Origin: Waddliaceae bacterium
GTDB lineage: Bacteria > Chlamydiota > Chlamydiia > Chlamydiales > Waddliaceae
DNA: 64,000 nt
Assembly: GCA_963724325.1 (NCBI GenBank)
Contig: CAVRUH010000001.1
Coordinates: 1,047,178 to 1,111,177 of the forward strand
Direction: 5' to 3'
Under the pieces are notes generated by a model. That model saw only the letters and a program-made list of their open reading frames with translations. It had not been told where the DNA came from and did not search any database. A program made the position numbers and the translations under genes. This document shows positions 39,386 through 51,342 of the stretch, one piece after another; position 1 is the first letter of the stretch, and the number at the start of each line of letters is the position of its first letter.

Positions 39386-40747
39386 ATGAATATACTAAGA
39401 AATATTTTTAGTCACGCTCCTTATATAGAAGAAATTAAGGACCCAGAAAAGATCGATAAAGATTACAAATACTGGCGTATTCGTATTATTTATTCAACAC
39501 TTCTAGGATATGCTCTTTTTTATTTCACACGCAAAAGTTTTACAGTAGCTATGCCGGGACTTATCCAAGATTTAGGATATGACAAAGGCGATTTGGGAAT
39601 GTTGGCCAGCATTTTTTCTATTGCATATGGCATGAGCAAATTCACTAGCGGAATCATCACTGATAAGTCTAATCCACGATATATCATGGCCATGGGGCTC
39701 TTCCTCACTGGAGTTATCAATATTTTATTTGGCATGTCCTCAAGTCTGATTGTTTTTTCCGTTTTTTGGGGACTTAATGGCTGGTTTCAAGGGTTTGGAT
39801 GGCCTCCTTGTTCTCGGTTTCTGACACACTGGTATTCGCAATCTGAGCGGGGCAGGTGGTGGTCGATTTGGAATATTTCTCACAATATCGGGGCTTTTAC
39901 GATTCCGTGGATTGCAGGCTTTGCCTTGCAGTATTGGGGTTGGCGTTATGCTATGTATGTTCCAGGTGTCATTTGTATTCTTGGATCATTCCTTCTGGTG
40001 AATCGCCTGAGGGATACACCGCAATCTCTTGGACTTCCGGCTATTGAAAAGTATAGAAATGACTATGCTGGGACTACGAAGGAAGAGGTGAGTCATGAAC
40101 ATGAGCTTACCACTAAGGAAATTCTTTTTGAATATGTGCTTAAGAATAAATATATTTGGATGCTCGGGGCTGCTTACTTTTTCATCTATTTTGTGAGAGT
40201 GGGGGTCAGTGACTGGACCGCATTGTATCTTATTGAGGCTAAAGAATATAGCAGAATTGGCGCCAATGGATGCGTCTCATTGCTTGAAGTAGGTGGATTT
40301 TTCGGCAGTTTGACAGCTGGGTGGTCATCGGATCGATTTTTTGGAGCCAAGCGTGGGCCGGTGAATGTTCTTTTTGGCTTGGCATTGCTAGGATCTATTA
40401 CGTTATTTTGGCTTGTTCCACCGGCGTATCCGTGGGTGAATTCAGTGGCGATGTTTATGATTGGATTTTCTATATTTGGTCCGCAGATGTTGATAGGAGT
40501 TGCTGCGGCTGAGTTGTCGCATAAGAAGGCTTCTGCCACGGCGAACGGTTTTGTGGGCTGGATAGCATATTTAGGTGCTGCTACTGCTGGTTATCCATTA
40601 GGCAAGTTGACAGAGGTGTTGGGATGGGAAGGTTTCTTTATGGGCCTAATGGCCTGTTGCGCCCTGGCAGTCATTATCTTGCTTCCTATGTGGGGTGTCC
40701 ATAAGCGTCCTCAATCCGCTTCCGAAATGAAACCCAAGCTAGCCTGA
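39386..40747 (+). CDS. uhpC: Hexose-phosphate MFS transporter (UhpC/GlpT family)
   Basis: YFTRKSF, NGWFQGFGWPP, WNISHNIG, FGPQMLIG; adjacent to dnaE as in chlamydiae. Confidence 0.9.
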   Translation: MNILRNIFSHAPYIEEIKDPEKIDKDYKYWRIRIIYSTLLGYALFYFTRKSFTVAMPGLIQDLGYDKGDLGMLASIFSIAYGMSKFTSGIITDKSNPRYIMAMGLFLTGVINILFGMSSSLIVFSVFWGLNGWFQGFGWPPCSRFLTHWYSQSERGRWWSIWNISHNIGAFTIPWIAGFALQYWGWRYAMYVPGVICILGSFLLVNRLRDTPQSLGLPAIEKYRNDYAGTTKEEVSHEHELTTKEILFEYVLKNKYIWMLGAAYFFIYFVRVGVSDWTALYLIEAKEYSRIGANGCVSLLEVGGFFGSLTAGWSSDRFFGAKRGPVNVLFGLALLGSITLFWLVPPAYPWVNSVAMFMIGFSIFGPQMLIGVAAAELSHKKASATANGFVGWIAYLGAATAGYPLGKLTEVLGWEGFFMGLMACCALAVIILLPMWGVHKRPQSASEMKPKLA

Positions 40748-40925
40748 CTATAGACCCAAAGGACCTAAAAGCTTTTTTGGTCCTTTATGTCCCTATTACT
40801 AGACTTCGGCTGCAACCTAATGAATTATCTTGTATTATTGGGTTGTAACCGAAGAGGCGGGGGGTAATCATGAATAAGCTGTTCGATATTCAACAAATAA
40901 TTATAGTGCAGTTTGAAAGGCAGCC

Positions 40926-41135
40926 ACGAAACTAAACAACAGGATATGAAGGATCGCAAGCGGCAGGATGTGAAGGATGGGAAGAAGATAAATGGGCTAT
41001 TGGTTTAATTTCGTCCAAGGCCATTTATCTTCTTCCTCTTCTTCCCATCCTTCATATCCTGCCGCTTGCGATCCTTCATATCCTGTTGTTTAGTTTCGTG
41101 CATACCCTGTTGTTTAGTTTCGTGCATACCCTGTT
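40926..41135. repeat. REP-like palindrome, family A (outward arms, with a 24-bp direct duplication on the right)
   Basis: CACGAAACTAAACAACAGGATATGAAGGATCGCAAGCGGCAGGAT and its reverse complement at about 41056-41100. Confidence 0.9.
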
Positions 41136-41195
41136 TTTTTTGGTTATGTGCATCACTGCTTGATTTTCAGCAAGCGATAGACTATCATACATGCT

Positions 41196-44100
41196 ATGTG
41201 GGTTCCATTACATGTACATTCTCAGTATTCGATATTAGATGCTTTGTCATCTGTGGATGATCTTGTCCAGAAAGCGGCGGCATTTCAGATGCCTGCTGCG
41301 GCATTGACTGATCATGGCAATTTGTTTGGAGCTGTCGAATTTTATAAAGCGTGCAAGGGGGCCAAGGTAAAGGCCATTATTGGGTGCGAGTTGTATATTT
41401 CGCCTGGGGCTCATACAGAAAAAAGCAAGGGGCGGGGGGACAGAACATCTTTTCACCTAACACTTCTCGCAAAAAATAATGTAGGATATCAAAATCTGTG
41501 TAAACTGAGCTCGATTGGCTTTACAGAAGGATTTTACTATAATCCAAGAGTTGACCTAGAAACCTTGGAAAAGCATTTCGGAAGGATTAATTTGTTTGTC
41601 TGGCTGCGCTTATAGCCGCTTGAGTTATGAAATTTTATCTGGAACAGCCGCAAGTGTTTTGGAGGTGATCGAATGGCATCGCCGAGTATTTGGCGAAGAC
41701 TACTATTTCGAGCTCCAGCGCCATCCTATGACAGATGAACAGCTCCGGTTGGATGGCATCGATCAGGAAACATGGCTGCAGAGGCAATACCATGACTTTG
41801 TGTTAAATCAAGAAAAGGTCAATCAAACCCTTGTGGAGCTCGGCAAAAAGCTTAACATTAAGGTTGTCGCCACTAATGACAGTCATTATATCGACCGCCA
41901 CGACTGGAAGCCTCACGAAATTCTGTTGAATGTTCAGTCGGGAGAGACGGTCGAAATCGTTGAAAATGACTCGGAGGGGAATCCGAAGTTTAGAACAGCC
42001 AATCCAAAGAGACGGACCTATCCCTCCCATGAGTTTTATTTTAAGTCGCCTGATGAAATGATTGCTCTATTTAGAGATATTCCCGAGGCTATTTCGAATA
42101 CTTTGGAGGTGGCGGGAAAATGTAATGTGGAAATTGATTTCAAAGCGAAGCATTATCCTGTTTATGTTCCACCCGACTTGTCAGGAAAAGAATATACGCC
42201 TCAGGAACGTGCTGAAGAGGTGGTAAAATTCTTGTGGAAGTTGTGTGAAGAGGGGATTCCAAAGAGGTATACTCCGGAGCGCCTAGCGAAGGTCCAAGAA
42301 ATTTATCCGGGCAAAGATCCAATGACAGTGGTGCGTGAGCGATTGGCCTATGAAATGAATGTGATTGTCCCAAAGGAAATGTGCGATTATCTTTTGATTG
42401 TTTGGGATTTTATTCATTGGGCAAAAAGTCATAGTATTCCGGTGGGTCCTGGGCGGGGATCGGGTGCCGGTTCGATTGTTTTGTATTTGATTGGGATTAC
42501 GGACATTGAACCTTTGCGCTTTCATCTTTTCTTCGAACGATTTATTAATCCAGAACGTATTTCCTATCCCGATATCGACGTTGACATTTGCATGGATCGA
42601 CGTGGCGATGTGATTCAATATACTCTGCAGAAGTATGGAAAGGACAACGTAGCGCAGATCATCACTTTCGGCACGATGAAAGCTAAAATCAGTCATTCGA
42701 GATGTGGGACGGGTACATTGAATGTTCCATTGCCTAAAGTAATGGCGATTGCCAAGCTCGTTCCCGAAGATCTCAATATCACCCTTGAAAAGGCTTTGGA
42801 GAAAGATCCGGATCTTGCGCGCATGTATGCCGATGATGAAGATGCTCATAGAATTATTGACTTTGGGAAGCGCATGGAGGGATCGATCCGGAATACTGGC
42901 ATTCATGCTGCGGGTATCATTATTAGCGGCCGGCCATTGACGGATTTGATTCCGATATGCACTGCTAAAGATTCTGAGATGCCAGTGACTCAATTTTCGA
43001 TGAAGCCTGTAGAACAGGTGGGCATGTTGAAAGTCGACTTCTTGGGCCTTAAAACATTGACCGCGATCCAAATATGCGTCGATGCTGTCAAGGCAACGAC
43101 AGGGGAGCACATCGATTGGATTAATTTGCCTCTAGATAATGGTCCTACCTTTGACCTGCTTAATCAAGGAAAAACGATGGGGGTGTTCCAGTTGGAATCG
43201 CCCGGAATGCAGGACCTTGCGCGCAACTTGCACCTCGACAAGTTTGAAGAAATTATCGCTGTGGGAGCTCTCTATCGACCGGGTCCAATGGACATGATTC
43301 CTTCCTTTATCAAGCGGAAGCATGGCCGTGAGCCTATTGAATATGATCATCCGTGGATGAACGAAATTCTCTCTGAAACCTACGGGATTATGGTGTATCA
43401 AGAGCAAGTGATGCAAATTGCGAGCAAGCTTGCGAAATATACTCTTGGCGAGGGTGATGTGCTTAGACGTGCTATGGGAAAAAAGGATATGGCGCAAATG
43501 GCAGAGCAACGGGAAAAGTTCCGCCAGGGTGCAGTGGAAAATGGAATTGACTCAGATACAGCCACTCAGATTTTTGATAAAATGGAAAAATTTGCAGCCT
43601 ACGGATTCAACAAGTCGCATGCTGCTGCCTATGGCTACCTTTCATATGTAACAGGATATTTGAAGGCGAATCATCCGAAAGAATGGATGGCGTCGTTAAT
43701 GACCTGCGACAGTCACGACTTGACTAAGGTGGCAAAAATCATTCGGGAATGCAAATCGATGGGGATACCTATGCTTCCTCCAGACGTGAATGAAGCAGGT
43801 GTCACCTTTGCGGCGACCTCTGAGGGCATTAGATTTGCTATGTCGGGAATCAAAGGTGTCGGCACAGGTGTTGTTGAAGCAATTGTTGAAGAAAGAAACA
43901 AGAAGGGCCCTTTTACAGGATTTTATAACTTCTTCGAACGAATTGATACCTCTCGCGTTGGCAAGAAAGTGATTGAGAGTTTGGTTGATGCTGGAAGTTT
44001 TGATTTTACAGGGTGGTCACGAGATGCGCTTAGGCAAAGCATTGACGCCATGTACGACACGGCGATGAAGGAGCAGAAAGAGAAAAATTGCGGCGTGATG

Positions 44101-44931
44101 TCTCTTTTTTCTCTCATGGGGGACAAAACGGCGACTCATTTTGCGAAGCCGCCGGTGGTTAAATTGAAATCATCGAAAATTGATATCTTGCGCCGAGAGA
44201 AAACTTTATTGGGTTTCTTCCTTACGGGCCATCCGATGGACGAATACAAAGATATTCTGAAAAGGCTCTCTTGTGTGTCTCTGCAGCATGCTTCCGAGAT
44301 GGCTCATGATGCCGTTTTCCGCGCTGCATTTATTGTCGAATCGGTAAACGTGCGGATTTCGGCAAAAACTCAGCGCAAATTTGCTATCCTCATGATCAGT
44401 GATGGCGTTGAATCTTTTGAACTCCCAGTTTGGTCCGAACTTTTCGAGGAAAAGCACCATCTATTGTTGGAAAATCAGCTCCTTTATGCTGTATTGCAAA
44501 TAGATAAGCGCGATGAAACTACTCGTCTTTCCTGCCGTTGGTTCGACGACCTCACACGGGTGACTGAAGCAATGGTGCAGGCCTGCGATCAGGCTCTTGA
44601 CAAAGCAAAGCAGCAGGCGACCCGTTTCGCCCATTCTAAATCAAAACCTCAAACACCGGCAAAACCAGTGAAACAAGAAAAAATATCTAAGTTGATTTTA
44701 AACCTAAATGCCAACAAAACTCGTTTAGGGCATGTGTTAAACCTAAAAAATCTGTTTCAACAGCATAATGGTAAGAGCCCCGTAGAAATTCATTTTGAAG
44801 TAGAGGGTAAACCCATAGCAGCAATTATGATCGACTCCAAATGGGGTGTCAACATTGGCGCCGACCTGCAAAAAGCGGTCAAAGAACTACCAGGCTTTGC
44901 CTCTATGAAAACCCAGGAAATAAATCAATGA
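41196..44931 (+). CDS. dnaE: DNA polymerase III alpha subunit, split by an apparent +1 indel at 41576-41578 and with a compensated local frameshift at 42685-42717
   Basis: PHP motifs HVHSQYS and LTDHGN in the first ORF; GRGSGAGS, PDIDVD, YGFNKSH in the second. Confidence 0.95.
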
Positions 44932-46301
44932 CTACAATCGATAGCTTAAAAAAATACTACAATGCCAACAAAGAAAAGGCCCTTCAGGAATACTTTACAC
45001 TGCTAAAGTTTCAGTCGGTTAGCACAGACGACGCTTATAAAGGTGAATTGACAAATTGTGTCGAATGGCTCCGCAAATATCTTTTGGATTTAGGGTTTGA
45101 TGTTGAATTATGGGAAACAAAATATCAGCCGGTGTTATTTGCATCCTATTTAAAGGCGGGCCCCGACAAGCCAACTCTTTTAATCTATAATCATTACGAT
45201 GTCCAGCCCGTCGACCCAATAGATTTATGGGAGTCACCTCCATTCGAACCTACAATTAGGGATGGCGAGGTGTATGCCAGAGGAGCCCAAGACAACAAAG
45301 GACAACTTTTTTACGTCTTGCAAGCTCTCAAGGGCATCCTCGAAAGGGATAAACAGTTTCCAATCAACATCAAACTGTGCATAGAAGGTGATGAGGAATC
45401 TGGAAGGGAGGCTCTTTCGGCAATTCTTCCTGGAAAAAAAGAGAAACTTAAGGCTGATTATCTCGCCATTGTTGACTCAGGAATTTATGCTCCTGATGCA
45501 CCTTCTGTAACTGTTGGTGTTCGAGGAATCATTACCATGGACGTTGATGTCGTGGGTTCAAATACCGACCTGCACTCGGGCACAAATGGAGGATTGGTTT
45601 ATAATCCTTTACATGCACTTGTGGAAGTACTTGCCAAGCTGCGTGATTCCAACGGAAAAGTAACCATTCCTGGATTTTATGATGATATCGTTGAAGCATC
45701 TAATAAGCATCTTTTGAATTTGCATTTAGATGTAAAACAGTTCGAGGAGACTTTTGGAGCCAAGACAACGGGCGGAGAACAGGGTATTTCTCCTATGGAA
45801 AGAATTGGCTTGAGGCCTACGATTGAAATCAACGGTATTTCGGGTGGATATTCCGGACAAGGATTCAAGACGGTCATACCTGCTGTTGCAAATGCGAAAG
45901 TCTCATGCCGATTGGTGGCAAATCAAGATCCGGAAAAGATCAAAAAAATAGTGAAAAATTTCATTGAGTCAAATGCGCCCGGCGGAGTTTCAATTAAGGT
46001 GACAATTCATGAGGGGGGTGGAAGGCCAGTGTTGTCTGCTCCTGATTCGACGGTTGTAAAAGCATTCGCGAAAGCCTATGAAGAAATCTTCCAAAAGCCA
46101 TGTCAATACACCCTAATGGGAGGCTCCATTCCAATTTCGACAGAATTGGCTAAAGCCAGCGGCGCCGAGCTTGCTTTTTTGGGCCTAGGCCTCATAACGG
46201 ACAAGATTCATGCCCCAAATGAACACTTCGGCCTCGACCGCCTCGAAAAAGGCTACTTGCTAATTACCAAGGCAATAGAGAATTTGGTTTTTTTCCCTTG
46301 A
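44928..46301 (+). CDS. M20 family dipeptidase (ArgE/DapE-like)
   Basis: YNHYDVQP, ARGAQDNKGQ, EGDEESG, IHAPNEH; ATGA overlap with dnaE. Confidence 0.92.
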   Translation: MTTIDSLKKYYNANKEKALQEYFTLLKFQSVSTDDAYKGELTNCVEWLRKYLLDLGFDVELWETKYQPVLFASYLKAGPDKPTLLIYNHYDVQPVDPIDLWESPPFEPTIRDGEVYARGAQDNKGQLFYVLQALKGILERDKQFPINIKLCIEGDEESGREALSAILPGKKEKLKADYLAIVDSGIYAPDAPSVTVGVRGIITMDVDVVGSNTDLHSGTNGGLVYNPLHALVEVLAKLRDSNGKVTIPGFYDDIVEASNKHLLNLHLDVKQFEETFGAKTTGGEQGISPMERIGLRPTIEINGISGGYSGQGFKTVIPAVANAKVSCRLVANQDPEKIKKIVKNFIESNAPGGVSIKVTIHEGGGRPVLSAPDSTVVKAFAKAYEEIFQKPCQYTLMGGSIPISTELAKASGAELAFLGLGLITDKIHAPNEHFGLDRLEKGYLLITKAIENLVFFP

Positions 46302-46350
46302 ACTATACAAGCCAGGTGACATACAATCGTTGTGAATCTGTGAGGGATAT

Positions 46351-47310
46351 ATGAAAATAAAAAATAGTCTGATTTTAGCTTTAAATTGCTGTGCTTTAAG
46401 TCTTTTTGCATCGGAAAACGTTGAAAATGCGCCTATGATCAATGCGGCGCCGGAAAACCTAGTCTCATTACCCGTTGAACAACACTATCAACTGGCCTGC
46501 GAAGCCTTCAATAACAATAACTGGCCAGAAGCGGCGCGAAACTTCTACATTGTCTCATCCAACTTCCCTGAAACCTCATTTGGTCAAGACGCTGCTTTCT
46601 ACCTCGCCATCTCCTACTATCACCTCGGAGAATTCGATTTGGCCAACGATTGCCTGAATAACTACCTAAAAGATCACAGAAATCCCCACTATTTTCTCGA
46701 AAGCATGCAATATAAAGTAGCCATCGCTGAACAATTTCGAATGGGGGCAAAGCGACACTACTTTGGCACAAAATATATGCCCAAATGGGGCAGCGGCTCC
46801 GATTTGGCCCTGGAATTATACAACGAAGTTATCGCAGCCATGCCAAGTCACGAAATGGCTGCCCAAGCATTATTCTCTAAAGGATGCCTGCAATGGGATC
46901 TCAAATCATATAACGATAGCATTGAATCGTTTCAAATGGTCATTAGAAGATTTCCCAAAAATGAATTGGCTCCTGAAAGCTATCTGTTTATAAATAAAAT
47001 ATATTTGGAAAAATGCAAGAGAGAATTGCAAAACTCCGATCTACTTGCGCTTGCCCAAATCAATTTAAGACGGTTTAAAGAGGATTTTCCCAAAGAAGAT
47101 CGTTTGGTTGAAGCTGAGGCTGATGTGATGGCAATTAAGGAAATGTACGCTAAGGGCCTATATGAAACAGGACAATTCTATGAAAGAATTTCACAACCCG
47201 TCGCAGCTTCGTTATATTATAAAAAGGCAATGCACGATTTCCCCGATACTCAAATTGCTTCCATTTGCAAGGTACGTGTTGTGGTATTAAATCCGGATTC
47301 TCAGATTTGA
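46351..47310 (+). CDS. bamD: BamD-like TPR outer-membrane assembly protein
   Basis: Signal peptide; TPR pattern with FP.S/T motifs; GQFYER...A.LYY; next to an lptE-like gene. Confidence 0.7.
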   Translation: MKIKNSLILALNCCALSLFASENVENAPMINAAPENLVSLPVEQHYQLACEAFNNNNWPEAARNFYIVSSNFPETSFGQDAAFYLAISYYHLGEFDLANDCLNNYLKDHRNPHYFLESMQYKVAIAEQFRMGAKRHYFGTKYMPKWGSGSDLALELYNEVIAAMPSHEMAAQALFSKGCLQWDLKSYNDSIESFQMVIRRFPKNELAPESYLFINKIYLEKCKRELQNSDLLALAQINLRRFKEDFPKEDRLVEAEADVMAIKEMYAKGLYETGQFYERISQPVAASLYYKKAMHDFPDTQIASICKVRVVVLNPDSQI

Positions 47311-47315
47311 ATCAT

Positions 47316-47924
47316 ATGAAAGGGGCCTTCTATCTATTGCTTGTTCTTCTCACATCCTGCGGCTATCATGCCGGACAAGGGGAACTTGCTTCGAAGTATT
47401 CTACAATAACTATACCCTACGTTGAAGGGGATGAATATGGAGAATTAACAGCTGTTCTTGTCAAAGAAATCTCGCGTACTGGCACTTTATCGTACCAGAG
47501 ATCCTACGCTGATCTTTCGTTAAATGTCTCGATTATCGATTGTACATATGACAACATCGGATTCCGTTATGATCAAAAACATAATAGTGAACCATACCGT
47601 TCTTCTGATAGCCGCAGTAATGAATCGAACCATTCTTCTGACAGGGATAATGTTAGTGATGACATTATTCCTGTTGAAACAAGGGCGCAAGTCATAGCCG
47701 AGGTTTCGATAACAGAATGCGCCACAGGTGCATTGGTGCTGGGGCCTGTGCAGATCAGGGCGACACTTGATTTTGATCACGATTATTATTATAGCCGTCA
47801 CTATGTGAATAATTTTTCTATGGGGCAGTTGACAGATTACGATTCTGCTGTTGACGGCAGTTTTAAACCCCTCTACACCAATCTAGCGCATAAAATCGCC
47901 GACTACGTCTACGATTCCTGGTAA
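47316..47924 (+). CDS. lptE: LptE-like lipoprotein
   Basis: Lipobox LTSCGY; ITIPYVEGD; C-terminal LA.KI helix. Confidence 0.6.
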   Translation: MKGAFYLLLVLLTSCGYHAGQGELASKYSTITIPYVEGDEYGELTAVLVKEISRTGTLSYQRSYADLSLNVSIIDCTYDNIGFRYDQKHNSEPYRSSDSRSNESNHSSDRDNVSDDIIPVETRAQVIAEVSITECATGALVLGPVQIRATLDFDHDYYYSRHYVNNFSMGQLTDYDSAVDGSFKPLYTNLAHKIADYVYDSW

Positions 47925-47980
47925 ACACATCTCCTCCCATCATTATTAACCTGCCTACAAAAGGAAAACAGGATATGAAG

Positions 47981-48979
47981 GATCGCAAGCGGCAGGATAT
48001 GAATGATGCATGTAACTTCTTACCCTGCTTTAAAATAAAAAGTAATTGATATCATCTTCCTATAATCCTTCCTATCCTGCCGCTTGCGATCCTTCATATC
48101 CTGTTTTCCTTTTGCAGGGAAGTTAACAAGGTATTAATATCAATGATCGCAAGCGGCAGGATATGAATGATGCATGTAACTTCTTACCCTGCTTTAAAAT
48201 AAAAAGTAATTGATATCATCTTCCTATAATCCTTCCTATCCTGCCGCTTGCGATCCTTCATATCCTGTTTTCCTTTTGCAGGGAAGTTAACAAGGTATCA
48301 ATATCAATGATCGCAAGCGGCAGGATATGAATGATGCATGTAACTTCTTACCCTGCTTTAAAATAAAAAGTAATTGATATCATCTTCCTATAATCCTTCC
48401 TATCCTGCCGCTTGCGATCCTTCATATCCTGTTTTCCTTTTGCAGGGAAGTTAACAAGGTATCAATATCAATGATCGCAAGCGGCAGGATATGAATGATG
48501 CATGTAACTTCTTACCCTACTTTAAAATAAAAAGTAATTGATATCATCTTCCTATAATCCTTCCTATCCTGCCGCTTGCGATCCTTCATATCCTGTTTTC
48601 CTTTTGCAGGGAAGTTAACAAGGTATCAATATCAATGATCGCAAGCGGCAGGATATGAATGATGCATGTAACTTCTTACCCTGCTTTAAAATAAAAAGTA
48701 ATTGATATCATCTTCCTATAATCCTTCCTATCCTGCCGCTTGCGATCCTTCATATCCTGTTTTCCTTTTGCAGGGAAGTTAACAAGGTATCAATATCAAT
48801 GATCGCAAGCGGCAGGATATGAATGATGCATGTAACTTCTTACCCTGCTTTAAAATAAAAAGTAATTGATATCATCTTCCTATAATCCTTCCTATCCTGC
48901 CGCTTGCGATCCTTCATATCCTGTTTTCCTTTTGCAGGGAAGTTAACAAGGTATCAATATCAATGATCGCAAGCGGCAG
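47981..48979. repeat. Tandem array of six 164-bp palindrome-containing units plus a partial seventh
   Basis: GATCGCAAGCGGCAG starts at 47981, 48145, 48309, 48473, 48637, 48801 and 48965. Confidence 0.97.
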
Positions 48980-49027
48980 AATAGAAATGATAGGAATGAT
49001 AGGAGGTGATGGTGTTGGGCTTTATCT

Positions 49028-50236
49028 TTAAAATTGGTAGATCATGTTTAAGAAATAGCCTTTGTAGTTTTTTTGACCCCATTTGTATGTGAATCCAGCT
49101 GAGAGGCAATCGTAGTCGAGGCAGCGATTGAAGTGAGTGGTAATTAAAGATATTCCTACTTCGTCATAATGTCTGATGAAAAGGGTCTCTCCGGCAAAAT
49201 AGGAATCGACAAAGGTCACATTAAAATTAATGGGTCGTTTGCAGAGAGTATATCCTTTGCAAGAGGTCAGTGATAGGCCATTTTTGAAGACGGTATTGTG
49301 AAGATGATAGTTGAAGTTGAGGCCTGTCAACCAAAGATTTGAAGAGGTAAAATATCCGGCATAATTTACCATGGATAGGACATAATCTGTCATCTTATAA
49401 TTGTAAGTGCTTGTAAGCCCTCCGGTAATAAATCCGCCTGAAGTGCACAAATCGAGCGATCCCCCTGCACCCAATCTGAGAATGGGAGTAAGAATCCAAG
49501 CACATGTTACAGGGAGTCTAGCTCCAAGACCTACTGAACCTACAACAGAGGAAGCCCCCCCGTTTCTAATATAGGCTAAGGGGGCATCTAAGATTAAGGC
49601 CCAGCTTGCATTTGGAGAATAAGAATACCTTGTGGGGAGATTGATGATTGTTGCATCGTAACCATCTGAAAAGGTTCTTCCTATATCGGCGCCTAATTGG
49701 AATTGATGTCTGACGGGCTGTGAATTCCAGCAGCAGTCGCATCCATCCAGCAAGGAAAGGTGTGCTAGTGCATAGTCAGCATCGGCCATTTGTGCCATCA
49801 GGCTATTCGGATTGCCAGCGATGGGATCAATGGGTGAGTATTTTCTATATCCTTTTAGAATTTTGGCAAGAGATTTTCCTTCTTTTATGAAGTCTTTAAA
49901 AAGGATTAAACTTTGATCACGAGTGCCTCCGTCAAAGGAAACTGTGATATCTAAATTGGGAATAACGACGACTAGGGTTGTAGAATTTGCAGCGAATGCT
50001 GCATTTGCCAAAAGGCCGCGCAGATTTATGCCGAAAGAAACAGGTGAGACAGGTGTATAATGTACGAAGAGATCTTCGAGATTACTCGTAGACAAATCAT
50101 TACTCAGATCGACCAAGTTTGAAGCGCTGACATTTGCAGTGTCGGTATTGACGGTCACTTTAGCATGATAGGGCTGGCGAGCATGTAAAAAGGTAATTTG
50201 ACAAAGGCAAATTAGCGTGATAAATAATTTATTCAT
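49028..50236 (-). CDS. Putative outer-membrane beta-barrel protein
   Basis: Signal peptide; amphipathic beta-strands in the C-terminal half; ends in YQF. Confidence 0.65.
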   Translation of the reverse strand: MNKLFITLICLCQITFLHARQPYHAKVTVNTDTANVSASNLVDLSNDLSTSNLEDLFVHYTPVSPVSFGINLRGLLANAAFAANSTTLVVVIPNLDITVSFDGGTRDQSLILFKDFIKEGKSLAKILKGYRKYSPIDPIAGNPNSLMAQMADADYALAHLSLLDGCDCCWNSQPVRHQFQLGADIGRTFSDGYDATIINLPTRYSYSPNASWALILDAPLAYIRNGGASSVVGSVGLGARLPVTCAWILTPILRLGAGGSLDLCTSGGFITGGLTSTYNYKMTDYVLSMVNYAGYFTSSNLWLTGLNFNYHLHNTVFKNGLSLTSCKGYTLCKRPINFNVTFVDSYFAGETLFIRHYDEVGISLITTHFNRCLDYDCLSAGFTYKWGQKNYKGYFLNMIYQF

Positions 50237-51227
50237 GTTGCTCCATTGTTATTTCTGATTTTGCGCATCTGAATCCTAGGTGGTTTAGACTTGTGTCTGG
50301 ACATGTTTTCATCCGGGCTGAGATGCGATACCCTTTGCAATAGCTGCTGTGGCACAGAAAAGATCCGCCTCGGTGCACGTGTTTTACTGCAAAAGGCTCT
50401 CGTGGATCAAAGCTGCTTTCTGGACCTTTGGGATTGATAACTATGCCTCGCCGGGCCTCTTCCTGGTAATATGAAGCATGGTAGAGGTCCGAACACCATT
50501 GCCAGACATTACCTGCCATGTCATAAAGGCCATAAGGATTTGGTTTGAATTGAGTGACGGGGGTAGTGCCGATAGCTTTTTCGCTTTTGTAAGGAAAAGT
50601 GCCCTGCCAAATGTTTGCTTGCGGGTGTTCTTCCGAAAATTCTTCGTTACCCCATACATAAGTAATCTCTTTCCTACCTCCATAAACTGCAAATTCCCAT
50701 TCTGCTTCCGTTGGGAGCCTTTTCCCTGCCCACGCGGCATAGGCATTGGCATCGTACCAGCTCACTTGTACAACAGGGTGATCCTCTTTTCCTTCAATCG
50801 AGCTTCCTGGACCTGCAGGGTGACGCCAATTTGCTCCAGGTTTCCAATCCCACCAGACAAAGCTGTTTGTAAGAGGAACTGGTCCATTTGTCGGTTTAAA
50901 TACAAGAGAAGCAGGAACGAGAGCTTCAGGGGATGGGGGAGGAGTCCCTGGTGGAACTTGACTCATGATTTCTTCTAATGCAGGGGCCTTTTCCGCTGTA
51001 GTTACATAATTTGTTGCGTCGACAAAAGCTTTGAATTGCCTGTTTGTTACAGGAGTTGCATCCATCCAAAATCCATCGATTTTAACCCTATGTAAAGGTT
51101 GTTCATCCGGTCTGGCTTCTTCACTTTCTGAGCCCATTGTGAATTCTCCGCCAGGAATCCAGACCATTTGTTGTCCAAAACAAACGGTTGCAATGGTGCA
51201 AAATAAGAAGATAAATTTTTTGATCAT
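50229..51227 (-). CDS. Formylglycine-generating enzyme (SUMF1/FGE)
   Basis: Signal peptide; [29 protein letters not shown] (both catalytic Cys), GFRC. Confidence 0.92.
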   Translation of the reverse strand: MIKKFIFLFCTIATVCFGQQMVWIPGGEFTMGSESEEARPDEQPLHRVKIDGFWMDATPVTNRQFKAFVDATNYVTTAEKAPALEEIMSQVPPGTPPPSPEALVPASLVFKPTNGPVPLTNSFVWWDWKPGANWRHPAGPGSSIEGKEDHPVVQVSWYDANAYAAWAGKRLPTEAEWEFAVYGGRKEITYVWGNEEFSEEHPQANIWQGTFPYKSEKAIGTTPVTQFKPNPYGLYDMAGNVWQWCSDLYHASYYQEEARRGIVINPKGPESSFDPREPFAVKHVHRGGSFLCHSSYCKGYRISARMKTCPDTSLNHLGFRCAKSEITMEQHE

Positions 51228-51342
51228 GTACAGTCCAAATTCATATTAATATCTTGAACGTATACCATGTTCAATATATATGGGAAAATACAAAATAAAA
51301 AGAGAGCATAAACAGGGCTCTTCAATCATGCATATCGAGCCA

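Noticed and set aside
40750..40925. Structured ncRNA between uhpC and dnaE
   Set aside because: Hairpins are present (about 40758-40786 and 40804-40854), but I recognise no RNA family; needs an Rfam search
41196..41615. Independent PHP gene, split intein or programmed frameshift in dnaE
   Set aside because: Removing one T restores a continuous DnaE; no intein motifs or slippery heptamer; further indels nearby suggest sequence error
42283..43110. 275-aa antisense ORF and other short antisense ORFs within long genes
   Set aside because: They lie opposite well-supported genes and have no independent coding signal
47981..48979. CRISPR array
   Set aside because: Units are 164 bp and essentially identical with no unique spacers; no cas genes in the window
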